Positions 53,835-61,441 of a DNA stretch of 64,000 nt are shown piece after piece. Source of the DNA: a virus. The stretch covers positions 64,001 to 128,000 of the IMG/VR virus record IMGVR_UViG_3300045988_127492. One strand, written 5' to 3'. The translations under genes and the position numbers were made by a program. The number at the start of each line of letters is the position of its first letter. The first letter of the stretch is position 1. The notes below the pieces were generated by a model, which was not told the DNA's origin, did no database searches, and saw only the letters and a program-made list of their open reading frames with translations.

Positions 53835-54117
53835 GTCTTCTCCTATAAATTAATGTGCTTAAAGGAAGTTCTAACATCTGGCTATTCCAACAATATCTTG
53901 CTTCTTTTATATGATAAAGCTTATTTTCATGTCCTTCAAATGCGCTATGTATCGTAACTTTTTGACCACATAGTTTTTTCATTTATTCATTGAAGCCACA
54001 GATGACAATTGGCATTCCATCCTCTTCCTGCGGCCGATATTCTTCTATTAAACGATCAAACGGTTTTACTTTATAGTGACCACCAATTTTAAGAACTTTA
54101 AGTTTACTTAGATTCAT
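53827..54117 (-). pseudogene. YKVGD-family paralog split by an in-frame TAA (44 + 51 codons)
   Basis: MNLSKLKVLKIGGHYKVKPF...ICGFNE-TAA-MKKLCGQKVTIHS...LSTLIYRRRHG. The stop (53983-53985) sits where the other copies have F(V/I)x(D/E)M(K/R)KYCG. An ATG follows the TAA directly. Confidence 0.45.
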
Positions 54118-54436
54118 TGTTTATCCTTTCATATAGTTTTCTAAACTTTACAAAATCTTCTTGTTTACCTCCATTGTCAGGATGAGCTTTAACCATTGCA
54201 TAATGAACAGCTTCTTCTATTTCTAAAGATGGTGTAATAATTTGGGGCTTTTTAAGTTTTATTGCAAGCCTTTTATTTTCTTCACATACACATATTATAT
54301 TGAAGCGTAAAGAGTCATTCTGTCTTTTTAATTTATCTACTTCCATTTTCAAATTTATGTTTCCACTTATACAAACAAACAAAATTATTAATGTTGCTAC
54401 CAATACAACACTCAACCCTACTATTTGTACTAACAT
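54104..54436 (-). CDS. membrane-anchored J-domain (DnaJ-like) protein
   Basis: Start at MLVQIVG (54436, SD GAGGAGAAAG). TM helix and coiled coil, then ...VHYAMVKAHPDNGGKQEDFVKFRKLYERI with the HPD tripeptide. Confidence 0.55.
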   Translation of the reverse strand: MLVQIVGLSVVLVATLIILFVCISGNINLKMEVDKLKRQNDSLRFNIICVCEENKRLAIKLKKPQIITPSLEIEEAVHYAMVKAHPDNGGKQEDFVKFRKLYERINNESK

Positions 54437-55494
54437 AAATCTTTCTCCTCTTTTGTACATAAGACGATTTCTCTTCTGATCGGACATCCACCTAAGCAAT
54501 CACACTGACGGCTACAGCCTCTACAAGAATTCCTGAAATGACTTCTGAAATCATCGAATACATCTGAATCCCATGCTTCCTGAATAGTGTGTTCATTAAG
54601 ATCAACTGCCCACTTAAGTTCCTGATTATCAAAGCTACATGGCAGCATTTTCATATCTGACGTAATGTAACCAGAAAATCTTGCTCCTTCACACGGTTCC
54701 AGAGTAGAATTTAAAATCTCTTCTGTAAAATTCAACAGTCCAGGCACAGAACATGAATCAAATCCAATCTGAAATTTATAATCATGTTTATCAATCAAAG
54801 AGAAAAATTCTTTGACTCTTTCATCATCAGGAGATAAGACATTTGCCTGAGTTCCTAAGCCTACTGGTTTATGTAGCAAGAAAATCACTGCATTAATACC
54901 ATCTGGAAAATCTTCACGCTGCAAATGTTCAATAGCTTCGTCAATAGAATTTCGACCAAGAACATAATGAATATTAGTAGTAACACCAGCAGCTACTAAC
55001 ATGTTAATTGCTTTTTCAGTATACTCACTTCTGTACCAAGAAATAGCTACAGCGCCACAATATCCTTTGCAAAGGGCTACGATTTCATCAGTAAATCCTA
55101 AACCTGAGCTTGTAAAATTTGGTACAATCCCTTGTGAACGACAGTATTTAAGAATTTCTTCAAAGTTCTCATGCTGATCCACATCGCCTCTACCTCCAAG
55201 AGCAAACTGGAATGTTTTTCCTTTACATTCATCTACTATTCTCTTGAAATTCTCAAGGGACATATTAGGCTCCTGTGTGTGTAATCCATTCTGATAACAC
55301 TGAACTCCTGACTGAATACACAAACCAGATGCCCCATGAACGCAATGTCCCATAACACCAATATCTAACAAAGCAGGAAAATTTCTCATAAATGGTTCCT
55401 TTCCTGTTGTCAAATCATCAGACCGGATATAGAACCCTGTCTTCGGATTAAATGTTTCTACAAAGTTATTTTTCTTGTCGTAATATCTATACAT
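54430..55494 (-). CDS. radical-SAM/SPASM-like Fe-S enzyme (non-canonical N-terminal Cys triad)
   Basis: 354 aa. C-terminal CRGCSRQCDCLGGC SPASM/twitch-type cluster motif, GGRGD in the place of GGEP, and an N-terminal C-x8-C-x6-C (HCVHGASGLCIQSGVQC) instead of CxxxCxxC. Confidence 0.5.
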   Translation of the reverse strand: MYRYYDKKNNFVETFNPKTGFYIRSDDLTTGKEPFMRNFPALLDIGVMGHCVHGASGLCIQSGVQCYQNGLHTQEPNMSLENFKRIVDECKGKTFQFALGGRGDVDQHENFEEILKYCRSQGIVPNFTSSGLGFTDEIVALCKGYCGAVAISWYRSEYTEKAINMLVAAGVTTNIHYVLGRNSIDEAIEHLQREDFPDGINAVIFLLHKPVGLGTQANVLSPDDERVKEFFSLIDKHDYKFQIGFDSCSVPGLLNFTEEILNSTLEPCEGARFSGYITSDMKMLPCSFDNQELKWAVDLNEHTIQEAWDSDVFDDFRSHFRNSCRGCSRQCDCLGGCPIRREIVLCTKEEKDLC

Positions 55495-55792
55495 TTTTTC
55501 TTCTCTCCTTAATCATAATTTCTAATTTCCCTGTGAATGGAATAAGCATTACTTCATCCCAAGAGAAATAAAGCAATTCTTTATCCTCATCCTCGTATCC
55601 TGTAATGGTTTCCAAATCATATATGTTATTAACTGGATCATATATTGCTTTAATTTTGTATATTTTCCCACAAAAGCATCGCATATCTGGGATAAAACTT
55701 GATGGTGTATTTATAGTTCCATCAGTGACACCATACTCCTTTGCCATCTGATCCCAAGACTTAACCCTTACTTTCTGTCCTACTTCATACAT
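55487..55792 (-). CDS. YKVGD-family small protein
   Basis: 101 aa. MYEVGQKVRVKSW...FIPDMRCFCGK...GKLEIMIKERRKNV. Confidence 0.55.
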   Translation of the reverse strand: MYEVGQKVRVKSWDQMAKEYGVTDGTINTPSSFIPDMRCFCGKIYKIKAIYDPVNNIYDLETITGYEDEDKELLYFSWDEVMLIPFTGKLEIMIKERRKNV

Positions 55793-56064
55793 TCTTGCCT
55801 CCTTGTGATTAACATTGATAAGTCTCCTTTTTCAAACATCTCACTTGTAAAAGTCCATGTATCTGCAGCATTCAAATAATAATAGATGTCATCAAATTTC
55901 TGTATAGCACGTATCCGCAACTTTTGGCCACAATATTTTTTCATTTCTCTTACAAAACCGCAATTGTTACATCGAATAACACCATAATAATTAACACCAA
56001 ATTCTTTAACCATATCATCCCATTGACGAATCTGAACTATGTCTCCTACTTTGTATTGCCTCAT
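55780..56064 (-). CDS. YKVGD-family small protein
   Basis: 94 aa. MRQYKVGDIVQIRQW...FVREMKKYCGQ...GDLSMLITRRQ. Confidence 0.55.
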   Translation of the reverse strand: MRQYKVGDIVQIRQWDDMVKEFGVNYYGVIRCNNCGFVREMKKYCGQKLRIRAIQKFDDIYYYLNAADTWTFTSEMFEKGDLSMLITRRQECMK

Positions 56065-56323
56065 GCAAACCTCCTATTGGCATAATCATGTCTGTAGACC
56101 ATGTGAACATTCTTCCATCTTCTTCAATATCGAAAAGATCTCTATCCCAGGGCAAAACATATTTGATTGTTACTATATTTCCACAATACTTACGCATATC
56201 TCTAACAAACGAAGCTTGACATGATATATATTCATTGTACGATCCAGCATGTCTTAATCCAAATTCTTTTTTCATACTTTCCCATGAACGTACTCTATAC
56301 TTTTGTCCTACTTTTACTTTCAT
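56015..56323 (-). CDS. YKVGD-family small protein
   Basis: 102 aa. MKVKVGQKYRVRSW...FVRDMRKYCGN...GGLHEAIQSRR. Overlaps the next copy by 50 nt. Confidence 0.55.
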   Translation of the reverse strand: MKVKVGQKYRVRSWESMKKEFGLRHAGSYNEYISCQASFVRDMRKYCGNIVTIKYVLPWDRDLFDIEEDGRMFTWSTDMIMPIGGLHEAIQSRRHSSDSSMG

Positions 56324-56600
56324 TTCTTACCTCAATTAAATTCATCAACCCAGGCTTAATAAGCATATTTTCAGTAAATAAATATTGCTCTCCAGTTTCT
56401 ATATTCTGCCCTTTATATACATGGTCTTTTTTATACCAATTATCCCTTGTAATTATGCGAATATTTTTCTCGCATAAAGGCTCCATTTCAAGTAAAAATA
56501 CTATTGGTCCAAAATCTAAACATCCAAGGAATTTGCCATTAGAAGCTTTTTTAAGTTCTTCCCATCTTTTTACACGGTATACTTCTCCTATTTTTATCAT
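56295..56600 (-). CDS. YKVGD-family small protein (divergent)
   Basis: 101 aa. MIKIGEVYRVKRW...PGLMNLIEVRNE. Confidence 0.5.
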   Translation of the reverse strand: MIKIGEVYRVKRWEELKKASNGKFLGCLDFGPIVFLLEMEPLCEKNIRIITRDNWYKKDHVYKGQNIETGEQYLFTENMLIKPGLMNLIEVRNESKSRTKV

Positions 56601-56608
56601 AATTTCAC

Positions 56609-57685
56609 CTACTCAATAAGCAGTACATCAACTGCATTTCTAAATTTCTTTAACAACTCCGGATTAGCACAAACAATTTTCTTTCTGGTTACTCTACTTT
56701 TTCCATGCTTGTTAATATATCTGGTTTCTAAATTATGCCAGTTGATAGAAGAATTCATTTCTTTCATCTTCTGATAAACTTTTCTATATGTAACCATGTT
56801 TCCATTGCTCTTATCTTTATATTTTTCTGCTAAAGGAATAATAATAGAATCAGTTGCATCCTGATTACAAACTGGTTTATACTTTTCGTAGAGATCTCCT
56901 AAAGCTGCACTAAAGATAGATCTAAGAGTATCATTTGCATAGACAACATCATAAGTGCTAAACTTACTTACCGGATTATGTTTTGCTTTGTAATCTTTTA
57001 CTTCCTGATCCCAACAGATACCATAGTTTTTATTCATATATTTATATACTGCACCCATAACTGAGCCACGGTCTGAAAATCTATCACATGTAGTAAGTGC
57101 ATCAATCATCTGGTACATATCATTTTTCCATTTCTTACAGGGGTCTTCTACCTTTTTCACTGGTAATGCGACAGCAGGAGCTTTTGATTCTAACAATACA
57201 GAAACTACTTTACCCATATCCGCATAAACTCTATCTACTTTTTCCTGTAGAATTTCAATCTGTTTACTAAAATCAGGCATCTGTAACTGAATGATATTAG
57301 AATTATCAACTTTCTTTTCTAAGAAAGCTGCTGCCAGTACATCTTTTGCTTTGAGCTGGTATGATACAAGCTTTTCAGTAATTCCTGGGGAATCTTTTTT
57401 CATTGCTGGAGTGATTGAAATTTTAGTTAGCCATAAAGGTAAGTAATCCAGTTGTAAACATAAAACATTTTGATTCCCACCATTTGTAAGGAGGGTAAAA
57501 TTTTGTACCCCCTTTGAAATTACTGAATCTGTTTGCATTTTTCTTCTTTCATATTTGATCCGGTTGTCGTCGAGTCCAATAGCCTCACACACCCAACGAG
57601 CACCGACCCAGACATTCCCTTCTGGATCCTGTGCCGCTCTAAGAATATCTCCCTGAAAATTTATTTCTTTAGCTACTAAATCCAT
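56609..57685 (-). CDS. phage antirepressor (P22 Ant/Bro-N-like N-terminal domain)
   Basis: 358 aa. INFQGDILRAAQDPEGNVWVGARWVCEAIGL resembles the AR N-terminal domain. Confidence 0.55.
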   Translation of the reverse strand: MDLVAKEINFQGDILRAAQDPEGNVWVGARWVCEAIGLDDNRIKYERRKMQTDSVISKGVQNFTLLTNGGNQNVLCLQLDYLPLWLTKISITPAMKKDSPGITEKLVSYQLKAKDVLAAAFLEKKVDNSNIIQLQMPDFSKQIEILQEKVDRVYADMGKVVSVLLESKAPAVALPVKKVEDPCKKWKNDMYQMIDALTTCDRFSDRGSVMGAVYKYMNKNYGICWDQEVKDYKAKHNPVSKFSTYDVVYANDTLRSIFSAALGDLYEKYKPVCNQDATDSIIIPLAEKYKDKSNGNMVTYRKVYQKMKEMNSSINWHNLETRYINKHGKSRVTRKKIVCANPELLKKFRNAVDVLLIE

Positions 57686-57687
57686 AA

Positions 57688-58230
57688 TTATTCTCCTTTT
57701 AACTTACTGATTGCTAATTTAATTGCTTCTTGTTCTTTTGGAGTTTTACAAACATTGTCATCGAGATAGCTTTGAAGCAACGCGACTGCTTTCTCGTCAG
57801 TCATTTCATTTAATTTATTTCTTACAATTTCCAGAAGCTTTTCTTCATTCCCTTTCCATTCATATGCTTTACATAAATTTCCGCTACAATGTACATTTGT
57901 GATTGATAAGGCACATGAAGAACAATTTTTATCGCCACACCCAGCAACATATTTAATCATGTCCTCAATAAACTCTCTGGCAGTCATTTCTTTCTCTTCT
58001 GACCGACTCTCATCAATAATTTCGGAAGCTGTATATAAATTATGATGATAACCGGTGGCAACTGTTCCATCACTACGAAAACGAAGTACATCTGGAAATT
58101 TCTGTCCTTCAAAAACTCTTAATTCTCCTCCTGTAACCCATTTGTATCCCTGTTTCCTTGCAATTTCAAAGAACTTTTCACATTCTTCTCTTGTATTTAC
58201 TCTTACATAAATATTTCTTAAATCAATCAT
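57688..58230 (-). CDS. MIDLR-family domain fused to a Cys-rich C-terminal domain
   Basis: 180 aa. MIDLRNIYVRVNTREECEKFFEIARKQGYKW aligns with 58647 and 58915. Confidence 0.5.
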   Translation of the reverse strand: MIDLRNIYVRVNTREECEKFFEIARKQGYKWVTGGELRVFEGQKFPDVLRFRSDGTVATGYHHNLYTASEIIDESRSEEKEMTAREFIEDMIKYVAGCGDKNCSSCALSITNVHCSGNLCKAYEWKGNEEKLLEIVRNKLNEMTDEKAVALLQSYLDDNVCKTPKEQEAIKLAISKLKGE

Positions 58231-58253
58231 ACTGTTTTATCTCCTCTTTATCA

Positions 58254-58628
58254 TTATTCAAGTACTGGTTTTAATGGACATGCTTCAGGAATTGTAGAGT
58301 GTTCTTTCTTTTTTAATATTTCGATATATTCATGTAATAAATTACAATAATATCCATTGATAAGTTTTGAAAATGGACATTCATTGCATGTATTCGGAGC
58401 GTTTATGATTATCATTTTCTTGTTTGTTTTCTCACCTTTTGATAATCGCACTAACAATCCCTGTTCTTCTAAGTCCTCATAATCGGCAAGTTTTTCAATA
58501 GCTTTTCCAACAGGACACGCCCAGCAACCTGAAAATGTATAATCATCACAGAAACATTTACAAGCTGTATCTCCGACTTCTGCCAAAAGAGTGTTTTCAT
58601 CTTCTATTCTCTTTGTTAATCTCTCCAT
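58254..58628 (-). CDS. Cys-rich hypothetical protein
   Basis: 124 aa. MERLTKR..., multiple Cys pairs. Confidence 0.5.
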   Translation of the reverse strand: MERLTKRIEDENTLLAEVGDTACKCFCDDYTFSGCWACPVGKAIEKLADYEDLEEQGLLVRLSKGEKTNKKMIIINAPNTCNECPFSKLINGYYCNLLHEYIEILKKKEHSTIPEACPLKPVLE

Positions 58629-58646
58629 CTACTTCACCTCAAAAAT

Positions 58647-58922
58647 TTACATCTCCGAAACATCTTCCCTTTTTAAAATCAAACCTCTTAATCCAAGTAT
58701 ATCTTTACACTGATAATCTCGTGGATAATATTGATAAGCCGTAGCATTATAATGTACACTATATTCTTCATCAAAACGCAATCTAGTCGGGAACCGACAA
58801 TAAACATGATCTAAAGAAACACTATTCGCCCAATAGAATCCTTGTCTCTTCGCTACTACAGCTATTGCCTTGTACTCAACTTCATTATTCACTAAAACAG
58901 TACATTTTCTTAAATCAATCAT
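58647..58922 (-). CDS. MIDLR-family small protein
   Basis: 91 aa. MIDLRKCTVLVNNEVEYKAIAVVAKRQGFYW...LRGLILKRED. Confidence 0.55.
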   Translation of the reverse strand: MIDLRKCTVLVNNEVEYKAIAVVAKRQGFYWANSVSLDHVYCRFPTRLRFDEEYSVHYNATAYQYYPRDYQCKDILGLRGLILKREDVSEM

Positions 58923-59196
58923 TAGTTCTTCCCTTTTGTCTAATTAAAATAAGTTTTCGTACACCTTTTATTAGAACCATACAGTTTGGATAGTCACGCG
59001 GCTGGCAACCTATCCATGCTCCATAATATGTACAATGATTTCTCTTAAATTCTAATCTAGTTGGGAATTCACACATAATATTATTTAAAGAACTTCCACT
59101 AGCCCATTCAAAGCCTTGCTTTATAGCCATTTTAGTTATAGCTCTGTACTCTTTTTCATTGTTAATCTTTACAGTACAATCTCTAAGGTCAATCAT
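58915..59196 (-). CDS. MIDLR-family small protein
   Basis: Start at MIDLRDCTVKINNEKEYRAI (ATG 59194-59196, ATGA overlap). Tail VRKLILIRQKGR. Confidence 0.55.
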   Translation of the reverse strand: MIDLRDCTVKINNEKEYRAITKMAIKQGFEWASGSSLNNIMCEFPTRLEFKRNHCTYYGAWIGCQPRDYPNCMVLIKGVRKLILIRQKGRTND

Positions 59197-59333
59197 TTCC
59201 ATCCCCATCCTTTCAAAGTAAGCATCTTTTTCAGGTTCTTACATTTAATGAAACTTGGTGTATATTCTTTTGTCTCTTCACAATATCCAAACCATTTACC
59301 TGATACATCCTTTTGAATAATATATACTTTCAT
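59193..59333 (-). CDS. small hypothetical protein (46 aa)
   Basis: MKVYIIQKDVSGKWFGYCEETKEY... ATGA overlaps at both ends. Confidence 0.4.
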   Translation of the reverse strand: MKVYIIQKDVSGKWFGYCEETKEYTPSFIKCKNLKKMLTLKGWGWK

Positions 59334-59623
59334 TGCTGATTCTCCTTCCTAAGTTTTATAATATTGTTTAATCCTGATGGAGAACGTAGCATAGCGTTGT
59401 TAAAGTACCATTCGATTCCATGTCCATCTATTTTTATGAAGTACTCATCTGCTGTACCATCCGTTATAGCAACAATCTTACCTAATTTTCCACGATATTT
59501 TGCCATAGAAGTATTAAAAAGCAATGTTTCATATCCACAAATTGGTTTATGTTCATATACATAAAGATTATTGATAATCAAATCCTCTCTAACAATTACC
59601 TTGTCTCCAATCTTATATCTCAT
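59330..59623 (-). CDS. YKVGD-family small protein
   Basis: 97 aa. MRYKIGDKVIVRED...MAKYRGK...SGLNNIIKLRKENQQ. Confidence 0.55.
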   Translation of the reverse strand: MRYKIGDKVIVREDLIINNLYVYEHKPICGYETLLFNTSMAKYRGKLGKIVAITDGTADEYFIKIDGHGIEWYFNNAMLRSPSGLNNIIKLRKENQQ

Positions 59624-59843
59624 AATTTTCCTTTCTGGCTTCTATCAGTCTACTTAGACTTCCTACCGGAATAAGTGATGATCTATACCAGCATCCATCT
59701 GGAACCCCAATTAGATTATAACCATTAAGACTCTTTCTACCAATCCTATAAACTTTTCCGAGATATTTTACCCCTATCTCACGAACTGCTAAGTTACGTT
59801 TTATACGAACCCAGTCTCCTACTTTATATTCTCTCTTCTGCAT
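59613..59843 (-). CDS. YKVGD-family small protein (short)
   Basis: 76 aa. MQKREYKVGDWVRIK...GSLSRLIEARKENYEI. Confidence 0.55.
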   Translation of the reverse strand: MQKREYKVGDWVRIKRNLAVREIGVKYLGKVYRIGRKSLNGYNLIGVPDGCWYRSSLIPVGSLSRLIEARKENYEI

Positions 59844-60103
59844 ATCAAACCTCCTAAGCTATTAGCTGGCAATAACATGGCATCGTTAAATACCCACATG
59901 TTTTGTTCTACTTCTAAAGATAATTCATAAAACTCTCCTTCATTATCAATTGAAGCTTTTGTTATTTTATATTCTCTCCCGCAAAATTTTTCCATTTGAT
60001 GAGCAAACCATAATTTTCTACTTGATGAATTTGAGTAGGGATATTCATTTCCTCCAATTAAATCTGTTCGAACTCTAACTCTATCCCCAACTTTATATCT
60101 CAT
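59819..60103 (-). CDS. YKVGD-family small protein
   Basis: 94 aa. MRYKVGDRVRVRTD...HQMEKFCGR...NSLGGLICRRENIK. Confidence 0.55.
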   Translation of the reverse strand: MRYKVGDRVRVRTDLIGGNEYPYSNSSSRKLWFAHQMEKFCGREYKITKASIDNEGEFYELSLEVEQNMWVFNDAMLLPANSLGGLICRRENIK

Positions 60104-60348
60104 GTTCGTTTTCTCCTCCTATCAATCAGTACAGTTAATCCTTTGTAAGGGATAAATTCGTCTGCTGGAAATACATAACCTCTAAGTTCTTCAAACATAT
60201 AAGCTTCAAACGTATAAGCTTCTATCCCAGAAGTTAAACTTTTAATTAATCTTATAGTATATATATTTCCTAACAACCGTTCTCTATGGATACCCCATAT
60301 CTTAAGAGGTGCATTAGTTTTAAGGATTACTTTGTCTCCTGGCCTCAT
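60100..60348 (-). CDS. YKVGD-family small protein (divergent)
   Basis: 82 aa. MRPGDKVILK...KGLTVLIDRRRKRT. Confidence 0.5.
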   Translation of the reverse strand: MRPGDKVILKTNAPLKIWGIHRERLLGNIYTIRLIKSLTSGIEAYTFEAYMFEELRGYVFPADEFIPYKGLTVLIDRRRKRT

Positions 60349-60562
60349 ATTGCCTCCTTTTGTGAATTGCAGAAGATAATGTGTCTTTTATAGGGATCAA
60401 CATATCTATATCAAATATATATTTTGATTCTTCCACTAAACAGGAACCATAGTCATATATACTTTGTATGGTCAAAATTCTTCTTTGTACGTCTTTCACA
60501 GGAATCCCAAATACAGTCCCAGATAATCTAGGATCAACTATCACTTTATCTCCAACCTTCAT
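60320..60562 (-). CDS. YKVGD-family small protein (divergent)
   Basis: Start at MKVGDKVIV (60562). Tail DTLSSAIHKRRQ. Confidence 0.5.
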   Translation of the reverse strand: MKVGDKVIVDPRLSGTVFGIPVKDVQRRILTIQSIYDYGSCLVEESKYIFDIDMLIPIKDTLSSAIHKRRQYEARRQSNP

Positions 60563-60563
60563 G

Positions 60564-60719
60564 TTATTTCTCCAGTATAAAATCAAGTACTTCTACAATA
60601 CTCATACCTGATATATCTAATAGTTTCATTTCCTTTGAAGCATACTGCACAATACAAATCCCGTCCTTGATTGTACAGCTTGTTATGCCTCTCTTTTTTA
60701 ATAACTTGTTCAGCTCCAT
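60564..60719 (-). CDS. small hypothetical protein (51 aa)
   Basis: MELNKLLKKRGITSCTIKDGICIVQY... First gene after a terminator; SD AAGGAG. Confidence 0.4.
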   Translation of the reverse strand: MELNKLLKKRGITSCTIKDGICIVQYASKEMKLLDISGMSIVEVLDFILEK

Positions 60720-60730
60720 GATGACTCCTT

Positions 60731-60763
60731 AAAATTCTCTTGGGGAGTCGAACCCCAAGAGAA
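60731..60763 (-). terminator. rho-independent terminator
   Basis: 11-bp stem TTCTCTTGGGG/CCCCAAGAGAA with a 7-nt loop, followed on the minus strand by TTTT. Directly downstream of 60785-61309. Confidence 0.75.
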
Positions 60764-60784
60764 CTGTTTTTATTTTATTGTTTA

Positions 60785-61309
60785 TTACTCAGCATCCGGC
60801 AGATAGAACTTTTTAATTCTATCCTCACCAACAGCCTCTACAGCAGCCATTGCTACCTCATGAGAGCTGAAGTAAATACCGTCAGTGATTTTTCTTCTGC
60901 TCCATGTGGAGTCAACTTTCTCTGTCTCTCTGTTCCAGCAGAGTTTGTATTTTCTCTGAGAGTGATCGTCCCAATCAATCTCATCGTTGTGATCAATAGC
61001 GAAGCGTTTCAGCTCTGCTACAATCATCAGATACTCAGCAGCTGCATCTCTCTCCTCCTCAGTCTTGAAGCAGTTACCTACTGCAAGTCTCATTACATCT
61101 TTCTGGTTCTCTGTTGTGAATACTCCGCCGTCTTTCTTACCTGTACCCCACAGATAGAAGTACTGCTCGCCCTCTGTTGGCTCCCAATGTTTCTGTACTG
61201 TCTCTGGTGCATCAATCATTTCCTGAAATGCTCCGATGAGTTCTTTAAGCTCGTCCTGTCCAAGTGTTGCAAAAATTCTTGTAATAGTAGTAATGTTCAT
61301 CATAGTCAA
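60785..61309 (-). CDS. hypothetical protein in a G+C-richer, terminator-flanked cassette (moron-like)
   Basis: 174 aa. Composition visibly richer in G+C than the neighbours. SD AAGGAGA. The plus-strand 212-aa ORF over it is a shadow. Confidence 0.6.
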   Translation of the reverse strand: MTMMNITTITRIFATLGQDELKELIGAFQEMIDAPETVQKHWEPTEGEQYFYLWGTGKKDGGVFTTENQKDVMRLAVGNCFKTEEERDAAAEYLMIVAELKRFAIDHNDEIDWDDHSQRKYKLCWNRETEKVDSTWSRRKITDGIYFSSHEVAMAAVEAVGEDRIKKFYLPDAE

Positions 61310-61385
61310 ATTCTCCTTTTAATCCTTGTTTTCTTATTTTTTCTTATTTCTCTTTTTAAATCCTATATTCAGTTGTAATTTATAT

Positions 61386-61409
61386 GAAAACCTCTTAGTG
61401 GGCTAGAGG
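61386..61409 (-). terminator. rho-independent terminator
   Basis: Minus strand CCTCTAG-CCCA-CTAAGAGG (one bulge) followed by TTTTCAT. Downstream of the peptidase-like gene. Confidence 0.55.
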
Positions 61410-61441
61410 TCAATCATATACTTTGGCATATCCATTCCTCC

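Noticed and set aside
55487-60586. Conserved C-terminal Arg/Lys tails as a repeated DNA junction element (recombination cassette boundary)
   Set aside because: Junction nucleotide sequences are not conserved beyond the SD/ATG. Similarity is at the amino-acid level (GL..LI), and the basic residues are explained by in-frame SD sequences (AGGAGG gives RR, AAGGAG gives KE).
60735-60763. tRNA or tRNA fragment (GGGGTTCGACTCCCC resembles a T-arm)
   Set aside because: Only a single hairpin is present, with no acceptor, D or anticodon arms. Its position and the trailing T-run fit an intrinsic terminator.
60740-61378. 212-aa plus-strand ORF
   Set aside because: It is the complete antisense shadow of the well-formed 174-aa minus-strand gene, with Leu/Ser/Cys/Phe-rich junk-like composition. 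It starts inside a terminator hairpin.
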